A stretch of DNA of 64,000 bases, from assembly GCA_951406725.2 (NCBI GenBank), contig OX597842.1, positions 19,840,001-19,904,000 of the forward strand, read 5' to 3'. Under the pieces are notes generated by a model. The model was not told the DNA's origin. It saw only the letters and a program-made list of their open reading frames with translations, and did no database searches. How positions within the stretch are numbered: the first letter of the stretch is position 1; the number at the start of each line of letters is the position of its first letter. Shown here in pieces: positions 24,967 through 38,109 of this stretch. Position numbers and translations under genes: made by a program. The DNA comes from Octopus vulgaris (Eukaryota).

Positions 24967-27402
24967 GAATTTTTGCATTTTTTCTCACGCAGGGGGAAAC
25001 GATTGGTCTAGTCTCCAGAGATTCGCCACCCGCTTCCATAACATTAGCTTAACCAATATTTCGGAAATGGTAGCTGAGACGTCATTGTAATCAGCTGTTT
25101 TATCTTTACCAATTTACTAAAGAGTGTCATGAAATTGTCATCCATAATTATGACCCTAGTATCAATCTGTTTTAGGGTTTGGAGGGAGGGGATCTTTTTT
25201 TTCGTGTTTCTTAAACGAGAGACATTCATACGGCACAGAACGTTTTCATCTCAATAGACGTCATTGATTGGTTGAAAAAAAAACATCTTACAAACTATAG
25301 AATTTTCTCAATAGAGCCAAGAGAAAAGGATGTTTTATAAATACATTCTACCAGTATACGAAGTCTCAATTTTGGTCAACTTGCGCCGCAGGGTCTCGGA
25401 GGAGATAGTATTAGTCGAAAGCTACCAAACCTACCACACAGACAACCTCAGCATTATATATATATTAGCAGTACTGCCCGGGTCTGTTTCGATCCTTTAG
25501 AATTGAAATTTTTGAAGTAAAAATTTTGCATCATTCTCTTTAAGTGAACATTTTTCTGGTTGAAATACACCGAAAAATGGTGACACAGCAGTGAAAAAAT
25601 CGTAAAAAATAGGGATTTTCATAGAAAAAAGCATTTATTGATGTAAATAAATTTTGGTGTTAACATGGTCCGATTCGAATTTTTTCTTCTACGGAATGAA
25701 GAGCAAGCCTTCTTCTATCATACTCTCAATTTTGGTCAACTTGCACCGCAGGGTCTCGGAGGAGATGGTGTTAGTTGAAGGCTACCAAACCTACCACACA
25801 CAGACAACTTCAGCTTATTAATATAGTTGGACTTTTAACCACAACGGCACAAGGGAGACCACTCTGAATCTTAGCTGCCCTCGCTGTGTTCAAATTCCGT
25901 CGAGGTCGACTTTACCGTTCATCCCTTCGGGGTCGATTAAATAAGCACCAGTTACGCACTGGAGTAGATGCAATCGACTTAATCCCATTGTCCCCTCTGT
26001 GGGTAATAAATAAATAGGTATCTCGGCTGCCGTTACGTTCTGAGTTCAAATTCCGCCGAGGTCGACAAAGTACCAGTTACGCAGTGGGGTCGACATAATC
26101 GACTTAATAACTATGTCTGTCCCCTCTGTGTTTAGCCCCTTGTGGGTAATAAAGTGCACTGTCATGCTTTTAGCTGACAGAAGTGAAAGTAGTCAACTTC
26201 GTGTATTTCCGTCAGGTTTATACCTTCGTTAATTTACGTACCACCACGCTGTTAGGTTTATAAAGTTTATAAATAAATACATTTCATTCCATGTTCTGTT
26301 TAAACTTTATAAATAAATATATTCTTGCATTATTCATTAGTTTTTAAAAAAGAAATCACACCAAATCTGCAAGGATTCTTTCTCTCCAAGTTTTAAATGA
26401 GACATTGCTGGCATAATTTCGTGATGAAAAAAGTTAAAAATGAAGGAAAGAAGTGGGGGTTATAAATTAGAAATGTCTATTTTTGCAGATTAGCATTCCC
26501 CGTCGACTTGAAGCAGGCTATCGACGTGCTAAAAATAACAGCCAAATCTCCAAAACTGCGATAACAGAACGAAAGAAACCTGTAAACAACCTACTCACCT
26601 TTGCACATTCTTCTATCAGAAACCTCCAGCAGTAAACGACAAAGTAAAGATACAGAAAAATAAGTGCGGAAATAACAAAAAATACCCAGCGCAAAACATA
26701 TGCTTCTGGAACTGAAAATGTGCATTATAAGGGGAAAATCGGATCCTGGTCCCCACCCGCCAGGATCGTTTGCGCAAATCCTTTCTATTCATATTCGATT
26801 TCTACACAATTACTGGATCTTTTCGGTTTAAACGGCAGCTTTTTCTAGTGGCGTCATATGAAATTGTCACCCATAATTATGACCCTAGTATCGATCTATT
26901 GCATTTCAATCTGTTTTAGGGTTAGTGGGGAAAGGATATCATTTTCTCTTCAGAAATGTAAATAAACCCAATGTTTCTTAAACGAGGGACATTCATACGG
27001 CACAGAATGTCTCTCTACCTCAATAGAGTATCTTTATTATGATCATGGCGATTTTACATAAAGAGACAATACAGGACAAACAAAAGACAAAGATGCTATA
27101 TGAGGTCGCATAGAGTAAATATTAAAAATTTACTTAAATAATACGTACTTTATATATCGTTCTAAAAACTTAGAACTTCGATTTAAACTGAAACAAAGCC
27201 ACAGAAACACCGTTACCTCAATAGACGTCAGTTTTACAAACACACTAACAGTATACGAAGTTTAAAAGTTCTTAGTTACCTAGAAATTATGTTAAAAACT
27301 GCCGTTCAAACCGAAAAGCTGGAATTTCTCCTGTTTTCGCTATGGAGCGAGGATCTTAAGCATATCAACGGTCGAAAGAGAACACTTAGGATATAACGTG
27401 GC

Positions 27403-27418
27403 GGCCCTAAAAAGGGCC
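27403..27418 (-). terminator. Histone 3' stem-loop of H3
   Basis: GGCCCTTTTTAGGGCC on the minus strand, 30 nt after the stop. Confidence 0.9.
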
Positions 27419-27447
27419 ATTTAATATGCTGACAAAGCAACGGCGAC

Positions 27448-28447
<1,000 letters not shown>

Positions 28448-28480
28448 GCGAACATTCCTAAGCTTATTCAAGAGCATACC

Positions 28481-28496
28481 GGCCCTTTTCAGGGCC
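28481..28496 (+). terminator. Histone 3' stem-loop of H4
   Basis: GGCCCTTTTCAGGGCC-ACCCA. Confidence 0.92.
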
Positions 28497-29346
28497 ACCC
28501 ACTTTTTAATTTAAGTCAACTCTCCTAAATCGCGATGTGCTTCTTCTGTGTTTATTGTTATTTTGCAACTACTGGTATTTAACGCGCCCCTTGGTGGGAA
28601 AACTTTGTTCACACCCTTTTGGGGAAAAAAATTATTTCACACCGATGTACGACCCTTTACGAAATATTTACTTTCGGTCCACACTTTTCGGGGGCGATCT
28701 TTCGGTATAACTATCGTAAGTGGCTTTGTTACATTTCTGAAGATAAACCCTTTACTCCCACCAACCTTGAATCCCCTATATATATAAATACACTTTGTTG
28801 AAATGTATCCGGTACTTCTTCCGAAGTTACGCCTTTTCGGGAAAGCGTTAGGGGTAAGCTCTAGTCCGTGTGTATCATAAGGAAGGGTGGCTTGCCTTTG
28901 CAAATACTGATAGGGCACAGAGTGTCTAAAGCCAACTGGAGGTGTCCTCCTGGGGCTACAAACTACAGTAGCATCCACCCTTAGGGGTTAGCCATATTTA
29001 AATGGCAAATACACGTCACGGTTAGGGGATCGGCTGCACGAAGTATTTGCCCCCAGACCATCTGCGTTTTCTTTATCGTTAAATCAGATATTTCGGGACA
29101 CTTGCATCGCCCTAGTGCAGAATATTCTGTGCAAACACTTGGATGCGATTGCTGATTCACAGGGACTGGCAGATTTCTCTTTAGAAAGTCTAGTAACACT
29201 TAGGAGCATTATTGGTAGCCGTAAGTTTAGTACCCGGTCACCAATCTAATAGACAAGATGTACTTTGCTAACTATAATCGATTGTTCAGTGGAGAAAATC
29301 TGCAGCCTCTTAATGCGGGTGGAGTTTGTTTTTGGCTACGTATTTC

Positions 29347-29531
29347 GGTACTACTTAAGAAGGGCCCGGTGCGCGCGCACTCGCGTTAGCTAGTCATGAA
29401 TAGTCGATCCTACGACGACTACCTAGCAAAGTAAAATAATTTTTTTTACACAAAGTAAATAAAAAACATACAAAATAAGGATCGACTAATTGCGAGTGCG
29501 CGCACCAGGACCACGCTTCTTAAGTAGTACC
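29347..29531. mobile_element. GGTACTAC-TIR MITE (best-preserved copy)
   Basis: Perfect 16-bp TIR GGTACTACTTAAGAAG / CTTCTTAAGTAGTACC plus subterminal inverted GCGCGCACTCGC. Confidence 0.8.
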
Positions 29532-31220
29532 CATATTTCCCTCCGATATTCATGGGATCGGACGGCTGTCTCTGCTAATATCGTTAATGAGCTTTGTTAT
29601 TGCATAATCGTTCCATTGTGCTGAAGACAATCGGAGATGTTAGGAAATTTCATAAAAGTGGGAAAAGTTGGCGGTTTTGCTACGTGCTTCTGTCAGAACT
29701 CCGGCCGCATTTGGAGACTGCAATACTTTAATCCGGGTGCAGGGTTGAATCTGTCTACACTTTTTACCGCTTTTTATCTTCATTGTTTACTTTTCCCTAT
29801 TTAATTTTCATTGTAATTTCATTCCTTTATAAATAACTCATCCGATTTCATATCAGTTATTTAAGCTAACGATTCCTCCGTGGTGGTTTGCAATTTAGAA
29901 ATAGTTTATTCAAATAATAAAGAAATATATAGTATTTTATCAGATCTTCGGTGTTGGAGTTATTGTACTGATGACAAACAAACCCAGCTGCTAACTGCAG
30001 GCGTTACGCCTCGACAGGACAACGCCTTTAATGAAATTTCACATAAATACCTAATTAAATTCTCAGTCGGTTATTAGTTCAGTTTAAGTAAAACATTTCA
30101 TTCCATGTGCATTATTCATTATTTTGTTTTTAAAAAGGAATTCACACCAAATCTACACAAATGACCACCACCGCGATCACATACACACGTGCGTGTGTAT
30201 ATGTGGCTATATGTCTGACTAATGTGTGTGTCTGTATTTATTGTATGTGTGTAAAGTAGTTATGCTTATATTATCCATTATAGTAATATTTGTCTGTTGA
30301 AATCCGTTTTAAGGCGGTCAATAGTTTAATTAAAGATGTGTCTATACATGTGTAATGTATACACATGTATATATATATAATCATGCGAACTTACATAGAC
30401 AATTACAAAGAATGTTATGAGTTCGAATGAGACTTAAAAATTTAGTTGTAATATGACATAAACGAAAACTTGGCTTACTTTTGCCTTTACGAGAACTTCT
30501 TCTGGAGACACGGAAGAGGTACGTTGGCGCATTTAATACTACACACAGGTCTTCGTACACCAGTTAGCCCTGTTTACTTGCCTATTGATGGCTAAAATAT
30601 GAAAATAAGGAAGGTATCAGATGGTTGTTAGTTACAAGCCCTTAACTTTTTCTGAGAGAGCAATTAACAACAATTAAGAATTTGCCTGTTTTCTGTTTTG
30701 TTTTAATTTATAGAATAAAATATTTAAAAATGAATGGACCCGCCCACTTTTTAAACATCTTCGACGCAAACCCCCTTTTTCGGTTACGGTGAATTCGAAT
30801 CTGCAAAATAAATTGGCAAAAAAATAACAATCAACATTTCTAAACTACCACCCGTTTCCTTCATTTTTTACAGAAATCTTTTAGGAACTAACTTATTCTA
30901 AATATGCGGAAAAATACGGACAAAAGTCTCCAAACTATCCTGTAATTACGGTTAAGGTTAGCGCTGGGGGACACCAGACAAAATTGAAGTTGGAGGGATT
31001 TCTTAAATTTCAAAAAAGTATCATTAAAAACTTGCAAACATGTTCGTTTATATATTCGCGTGAGTATACAAATACCTGTGCTTCGATGTACACAAATTGT
31101 TTCCACCCCCAATCCATTCTATGACTGTTGTCTCCTGCGCAAAGCCTGGAGAAATTAACCCCAAAAACATGGATCGCAAATCGGCAGAAAATCTGAATCA
31201 ACTTTCATGAGAATGTGGGT

Positions 31221-31236
31221 AGCCCTGAAAAGGACC
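31221..31236 (-). terminator. Histone 3' stem-loop of H2B-2 (variant)
   Basis: GGTCCTTTTCAGGGCT: the basal pair is G-U instead of G-C. Confidence 0.85.
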
Positions 31237-31268
31237 GTTATTCTTCGATGAAGAGAAACGAAGCAGGT

Positions 31269-31646
31269 TTATTTGCTGCTAGTGTATTTGGTGACGGCCT
31301 TGGTACCCTCAGAGACGGCGTGTTTGGCCAACTCACCAGGAAGGAGAAGACGGACAGCAGTCTGCACCTCACGGCTACTGATGGTCGAACGTTTGTTGTA
31401 GTGAGCCAAGCGGCTGGATTCAGAAGCTATTCTTTCGAACAGATCGTTGACAAAACTGTTCATGATGGACATAGCTTTGCTGGAGATGCCAGTGTCCGGG
31501 TGGACTTGCTTCATCACTTTGTAGATGTAGATGGAGTAACTTTCCTTCCTCTTCTTCTTACGTTTCTTGTCCCCGGCAGGGCGAGAGGTCTTGGCCTTGG
31601 AAGCCTTCTTGGCTCCTTTCGAAGCAGTTGCTGGTGCTGGTGGCAT
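31269..31646 (-). CDS. H2B: Histone H2B, second copy (identical protein)
   Basis: Same translation as 23620-23997, offset 7649. Confidence 0.98.
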   Translation of the reverse strand: MPPAPATASKGAKKASKAKTSRPAGDKKRKKKRKESYSIYIYKVMKQVHPDTGISSKAMSIMNSFVNDLFERIASESSRLAHYNKRSTISSREVQTAVRLLLPGELAKHAVSEGTKAVTKYTSSK

Positions 31647-31915
31647 AATGTCACTTGCTCTACTAATCAACCCTCGTCCACGCTATTTATAATTGACAAG
31701 TAGGCTCAGCCGAGCACCTTGCTGACGTTTCGCGCCAATCAATTTCATTGGTGGAATTTGACAGCAGTCTAATCACGTGACGTAAACCCGCTCCTTTTTC
31801 GCTCGGCAGTTTGTGACTGCTGGAGCCTCCTGACTGCTATTTAAAGCCAAAAGCCGCCCTCGTATTTAGTCGCCAACTCTCTTCTTTGTTGAGAACTACT
31901 GTCGAACTTTGAAAT

Positions 31916-32293
31916 ATGTCTGGACGTGGTAAAGGAGGAAAAGTAAAGGGAAAGAGCAAGACCCGTTCGTCCCGTGCCGGACTTCAGTTCCCTGTCGGTC
32001 GTATCCACCGTCTTCTCCGTAAGGGAAATTATGCCCAACGTGTCGGTGCCGGAGCCCCAGTCTACTTGGCCGCTGTAATGGAATATTTGGCTGCTGAGGT
32101 GTTGGAATTGGCAGGAAATGCTGCCAGAGATAACAAGAAATCGAGAATCATTCCCCGTCACTTGCAGTTGGCCATCCGTAACGACGAAGAATTGAACAAA
32201 CTTTTGTCCGGAGTGACCATCGCCCAGGGTGGTGTTCTTCCCAACATTCAGGCTGTTCTTCTGCCCAAGAAAACCCAGAAGGCTTCCAAGTAA
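31916..32293 (+). CDS. H2A: Histone H2A, second copy (identical protein)
   Basis: Same translation as 24267-24644. Confidence 0.98.
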   Translation: MSGRGKGGKVKGKSKTRSSRAGLQFPVGRIHRLLRKGNYAQRVGAGAPVYLAAVMEYLAAEVLELAGNAARDNKKSRIIPRHLQLAIRNDEELNKLLSGVTIAQGGVLPNIQAVLLPKKTQKASK

Positions 32294-32331
32294 ATTAATT
32301 CGGTGGCATTTTTGGCTTTATCCAAAACAAC

Positions 32332-32347
32332 GGCCCTTTTCAGGGCC
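32332..32347 (+). terminator. Histone 3' stem-loop of H2A-2
   Basis: GGCCCTTTTCAGGGCC. Confidence 0.9.
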
Positions 32348-32622
32348 TCTCACACTCTGCGTATTCGTCTTCTCTCGACTTAATATTTGCGATTTATAAT
32401 CTGTCAAAACTATGTTATTTGGTATTGGTGCCGAATGAATGTTTTATTATTTATTCTTTCACCCGCATAATTTTCACTAGACGAAGAATACTCTTTTGTA
32501 TGGGATCAGGAACCGCTGACCTCAAGGTGTGCGGTACTATTTAAGCAGAGTGGTCCCGGTGTGTTTGAGAATGTTTTTATGAGACACGGCTTTTTTTTTT
32601 TTTACTTATATTCCATACTTTG

Positions 32623-32773
32623 TTTAAAAGCAGCGGATATTTAACAAAAGCTGCTGCTCGGGGTTTCACGTTCCCGTTTGTCGGACAGCTTTGTTTGAAA
32701 TACGGAGGGACTGTCCGGCGAACGGAAGCGTAAAGCCCCGGGTAGCAGCATTAGAATTTCTGCTGCTTTTAAA
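32623..32773. repeat. ~150-bp fold-back (hairpin) element
   Basis: TTTAAAAGCAGCGGA..GCTGCTCGGGGTTTCACGTTCCCGTTTGTCGGACAG pairs with CTGTCCGGCGAACGGAAGCGTAAAGCCCCGGGTAGCAGC..TCTGCTGCTTTTAAA. A probable decayed relative lies at ~34795-34960. Confidence 0.7.
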
Positions 32774-33954
32774 TAAGGCATATTACTCTACTTATGGTAT
32801 TTGAGTACGCTTTTTTCCCACCTTTTTTAACATGTGTTTACTCCGGTGTATGTATATATATAGGAATTGTTTTACACCTATTACACTTTTTTTGGCTTTT
32901 GTGCCAGGGTTAGACCCGTAAGATTCACGATGTGGATTTTCCGAGTCCTCTCCCCCACCCAACCCCTTTCGCGAGCGCGCCTTTTTTTTTTTTTTTTTGC
33001 CATATTCGTTTAGAGGAAGTTTTTACACTATTTTCATATTTTGTTTTTCTGACCGGTTTGACGAGCTAGTGCGTGTGCGCGCACAGGGACCACTCGTCAT
33101 AAATAGTGGTGGGGCTGGAGAAAATGTGTCTGCATTTAAAAAAGGACGGATGCTAGGTGTGAGAGGCCTTGCATGAACACGCCGTGATCCCTTACCAAAA
33201 GGTTTCAGTTAAAATAACAGGGCTCATGGGGTCGGCTATCCTGTTCTTTTCACTTCATATGTCCCTTTTTATTTGTTCTTGTAACTCATTCAATTTCATT
33301 TTCATTGTAAATAATCCATTCGATTTCACTGTAAATAGTTCCATTTCATCCACATGACCCCAAATCATTGTATTGTCCCCATCTATGTAAACCCTTACGG
33401 GTAATAAAGAAATACACTCTTCATAAATAGTACCATGTTATGCTGCAAGCCCCTTATTTTTGTTCGGGGAGAAAAGGGATGGGTGGAAAACTGTAGGGGC
33501 CATGCGCAGGGATGCTGTCGGTGAGGTGAGGGTTGGCAACGAGTATAGTGGAGAGTTCCTGGTAGAAGTAGGCTGTTCACCAAGGTTCAGTCCTCAGCCC
33601 ACTCTTATTCATTAGTCCTCTGGGCAATAGCAGGAATTCATGACAAGCTGACCCTAGGGGCTCCTCTGTGTTGGTGACCTTCGCTTATAGCTGGGTCACT
33701 ACCAAAGCTGAAGGAGAAATTTCAGGTGTGGTAGGCAAGGCTAGAATTGAAGGGCCTTTGGGAAAAGACCATAGTCTTTATGTATATATATATATATTAT
33801 ATGTACGTGTAGAGGTAGGTACGTACATATATGTTTTATTTTATTTATTAATATATTATATATACATAAGTTCAGCAAAAATTTAGATTCAAATGAATAT
33901 GGTACTTATGCACCAGAATTTTGTATGGTGTTATCCATAAAAATTTGCGGGGTG

Positions 33955-34277
33955 ATTATAATCAAAAATAAGCAACAAGAATGACTCTGGTAATTTGGTA
34001 CAATTGTTTCGCACTACAACATTTTATTAAAAGTGGTTGGACTTTACCACCTCATATGTTCTTAAAATTTAAATCCACATCTTTGTATATCTACCTTCTC
34101 TATAATGTTGCCATTTGATTTGAAAATTTTTATATTAATGGAAAACCTATATAATTGGCTGATGAGTACTCAACATCTTAAATCTGTTGTAATACTTACA
34201 GCATTTAATAAAATGATGTAGTGCAAAACAATTGTACCACATTACCGGAGTCATTCTTGTTGCTTATTTTGATTATA
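33955..34277 (+). mobile_element. Penelope-like element family C with hammerhead-like motif and an inverted partial copy
   Basis: TAATTGG-CTGATGA-GTAC...GTGC-AAAA-CAATTG-TA-CCACATTA at 34152-34244. The inverted copy at ~33955-34031 retains GTGC-GAAA-CAATTG-TA-CCAAATTA. Confidence 0.55.
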
Positions 34278-34284
34278 TATATAT

Positions 34285-34560
34285 GTGGAGGCGCAATGGC
34301 CTAGTGGACTCGCAGTCGCAGGATCGCGGTTTCGATTCCCAGACCGGGCGTTGTGAGTGTTTATTGAGCGAAAACACCTAAAAGCTCCATGAGGCTCTGG
34401 CAGGGGGGGGGTGATCCCTGCTGTACTCTTTCTCCCACTCTTCTGTCGGCCTGCTCGCTTAGCCAGCGGGGTGGCGTCCTTCGAAGGCTAAAACAATGCG
34501 AACACATTGTGACCAGCGATATGTAACTACATCTGATGGTCTGGTCGGTCACGTGATCAC
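34285..34560 (+). mobile_element. tRNA-headed SINE, family 2
   Basis: GTGGAGGCGCAATGGCCTAGTGG...GGTTTCGATTCCC head. Copies on the minus strand at ~40430-41010, 50050-50417 and 53485-53870. Confidence 0.8.
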
Positions 34561-35348
34561 ATATACACATATATATCTATATATAGAGAGAGAGAGTTTA
34601 CGAAAATAATCAAAAGACGAAGACAGGTGGTGTACAAAACAAACAGTTGTATTAGTATAATGCTTAGGAATAGAAAAAGTCTTTTACGTTTCGAGCCTAC
34701 GCTCTTCTACAGAAAAAACAAGGAGGGAAAAAGATGTGTGTAGTGGCTAACGATCTATCATGGGGACGGCCATATATATATACATACATACATACTTTTA
34801 TTAAAGCTGCAAATTTATCACAAAACTGTTAATCTGAGTGTCAGGTTTGCATTCAACTGACAGGTGTGATGGAAACATTTCATTCCAACTGTCCAACAGA
34901 CAAGAACATGAAACTCTGAGAAACAGTTTTGTAATAATTGGACAAACATTAATAGAATTTTTATTCATTCAGAAATTATCTTAAATGGAATATATATATG
35001 AATATTATGAAAGAACAGCTTTTATTAAAAATATCAGAATTGATAAGGATATATAAAAATATAGTGTTAGTAAGTTGTTATAACATGCTGTTATATCTTC
35101 TTTATCAGCTGGATATATTTATTGTTATATAAGATATTCCTTTCAACAAATGACTTTTGATATTGATACAGTCACTCTTCTCTATGATGATAAAGACATC
35201 TGTAGTTAATTGTCTTTTTTCAGAGAAGGATATACCACAGAATCAGTTAGATGGTTTCTCTTCCATATCAATGTGTGTCTGTGTTTATCTAAGAGATTTA
35301 TTTGAGAGAACCATTCACCACAGATATCACAATGACATGGTTTCTCTC

Positions 35349-36035
35349 CTAATGAATGAGTCTGTGAGTGGTCAAGTGATCTATTTCAGAGAATGATTCA
35401 CCACAGGTGTCACAATGATGAGACTTCACCCCTGAATGAATACCTTTGTGTCTACTTAATTGTCCCTTTTGAGTGAATGATTTACTGCAGATATCACAGT
35501 GGTAAGGTTTCTCACCTGTATGGATAAATCTGTGAGTGGATAAGTCACCACTTTGAGAGAATGATTTATCACAGATATCACATTGATATGGCTTTTCACC
35601 TGTATGAGTACGTTTATGTACAATTACACCACTTTTGTGAGTGAATGATTTACCACAGATATCACACTGAAATGGTTTCTCTCCTGTATGGATAACCTTG
35701 TGAGCAGCTAAGTTACCATCTCGAGAGAATGATTTACCACAGATATCACACTGAAATGGTTTCTCTCCTGTATGAATACGTTTATGTACAGTTACAGCAC
35801 TTCTTCGAGCAAATGTTTTACCGCAGATATCACACTGATATGGTTTCTCCCCTGTGTGAGTAAGTCTGTGTGTATCCAAGTTAAATTTCATGGAGAATGA
35901 TTTACCACAGATATCACAGTGATATGGTTTCTCTCCTGTATGAGTAAGTTTGTGAGTAGCTATGTAACTCTTTAGAGAGAATGATTTACCACAGATATCA
36001 CAGTCGTATACAGATTTTCCTCTTTCTTTTGGCAT
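35349..36035 (-). CDS. Tandem C2H2 zinc-finger protein, 8 fingers (228 aa)
   Basis: Eight 28-aa CxxC...HxxxH repeats with HTGEKP linkers. ATG at 36035 (MPKERGK); upstream acceptor tctcttatttcag at ~36446. Confidence 0.88.
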   Translation of the reverse strand: MPKERGKSVYDCDICGKSFSLKSYIATHKLTHTGEKPYHCDICGKSFSMKFNLDTHRLTHTGEKPYQCDICGKTFARRSAVTVHKRIHTGEKPFQCDICGKSFSRDGNLAAHKVIHTGEKPFQCDICGKSFTHKSGVIVHKRTHTGEKPYQCDICDKSFSQSGDLSTHRFIHTGEKPYHCDICSKSFTQKGQLSRHKGIHSGVKSHHCDTCGESFSEIDHLTTHRLIH

Positions 36036-38109
36036 CTCTGCAGCTAAAACTAACAAAACTCCAAGATTCTCACACAATTCCTCTTTCTGTAATTTTTTTC
36101 TTCAACAAAATGGTCTGGAAATTTCATTTCTTCTTGTTTCTATATTTTATTCCTAACAAATGTTACAACTGCCATATTTTTATCAAATATAAGCTTTGCT
36201 GATATCTTAAGATGTTGCAAATGTCTTTGTAAATTTATCCAAGTTTATTCAGAATCCAAATTTAGGTTTTACCCATTTCAGAGTGAATCCAAGAAATTTC
36301 ACCAATAATGTCACTCAGAAGAAATATTTACTGAAATTCACAGTTAATTTACATAAACAGGGTTCTTATATCCAGTTCTGTGTAACATCGTCTTCAAAAT
36401 ATGATAAATATTGAGGACGCTTCTGCAGTAAATTTCCTCTGATATTCTGAAATAAGAGAGAAACAACAGTTTAACACAGAGTGTAGCTTTGGTTATGACA
36501 AAGGCTTGGTGTTCATTTATATACGACATTTACTGCTACAATGATAAATCTCATTTAAGAAACAGATTGGGTTTATTTACATTTCTGAAGAGAAAAAGGG
36601 ATCTTTTCGGTTTGACCGGCAGTTTTTTCTAGTGGTGTCATATGAAATTGTCACCCATAATTATGACCCTAGTATCAATCTATTGCATTTCAATCTGTTT
36701 TAGGGTTAGGAGTGGGGGGAAGGGTAATTTTCTTTTTTTTTCCACAAATGTAAATAAACCCAATCTATTTCTTAAACGAGGGACATATTCATACTGCCTT
36801 TAGGCAGTACAAAAACAACAAAAAAGTGGAAGGTGCAGTTATGACGAAAGAAAAGCAGGACAAAAACGATGCATGCAAATGGGTTGGCTGGAGGTAAATC
36901 TAGATGGAAAAGCATGATAAATTTATGAGAACCCGCTGGGACATTAACATATATATAGTTATAATAAAGGGTTATTTGCAACAAGTTGCTTAAACCACAT
37001 ACCGAAAATATTAGAAATAGCAGCCAAATAGGCTACTATTACTATTACTACAAAAATAAGTCTCCACAAACAACAGTATTTGCAACCCAAACAACAGTAT
37101 TTGCAACCCGTATATGGTAAAAGGAATGAAGACAACGAAATCACACAGTCTACTTTATATATATATATATACACATGAGCAAAATACCCCCTCCTCCCGG
37201 CCGTCCAATGGAATGTGCTGAGTTGTCAAACATTTAAACCAAATTTTCTCAAGATAACTTGTCCGACCGCTCCATAGGCCTCCCCTTTGAGAAACACTGA
37301 TTTAACCTAAATTAGGGACACCAGCAAAAGAAGAAATAAAGATAGACTTTTTTCTATTCCAAAGAAAAACGATTTTATTCACAAAAATATGCAACCGAAG
37401 AGTTTAAAGTACCAGTAATTATAAGGCTGTTGACTGGGAGAACACAAACATGGTTTAAACAGTAAGCTTGGCAGGAAAGAAACGTGCCTTTAAGCAGGAC
37501 AAAAACAACAAAAAATGGAAGGTGCAGTTATGTACAGGTTGACGGAAGAAAAGCAGGACAAAAACGGCTTTATTGATCGCATTCTCACCTGGAATATATT
37601 ATTGTAATTTTTTCTCACCTGGAAACGATTTTTGTAATTTTTTCAAAGACTAATACACGCCCTGATACAGTCGGTATCTACAAATCAAATTTAAGTGCAA
37701 TCGGATGGAGGATGCCTGAAATCCAAGAAGACACACAGACAGAACGGATTTTATATAAGAGATTATGAAAAACAGCTTTTATTAAAAATATCAGAATGGT
37801 AGATATTGATGAGTATAAATAAAAAATATAGTGTTTTGTTATAACATGCTGTTATATCTTCTTTATCAGCTGGATATATTTATTGTTATATAAGATATTC
37901 CTTTCAACAAATGACTTTTGATATTGATACAGTCACTCTTCTCTATGATGAGAAATATATCTGTAGTTAATTGTCTTTTTTCAGAGAAGGATATACCACA
38001 GAATCAGTTACATGGCTTCTCTTCCATATCAATGTGTGTCTGTGTTTATCTAAGAGATTTATTTGAGAGAACCATTCACCACAGATATCACAATGACATG
38101 GTTTCTCTC

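Noticed and set aside
28840-29840. GC-balanced stretch after H4 as a possible gene
   Set aside because: Stops in the frames examined and a MITE insertion; probably a decayed LINE, but the family could not be confirmed.
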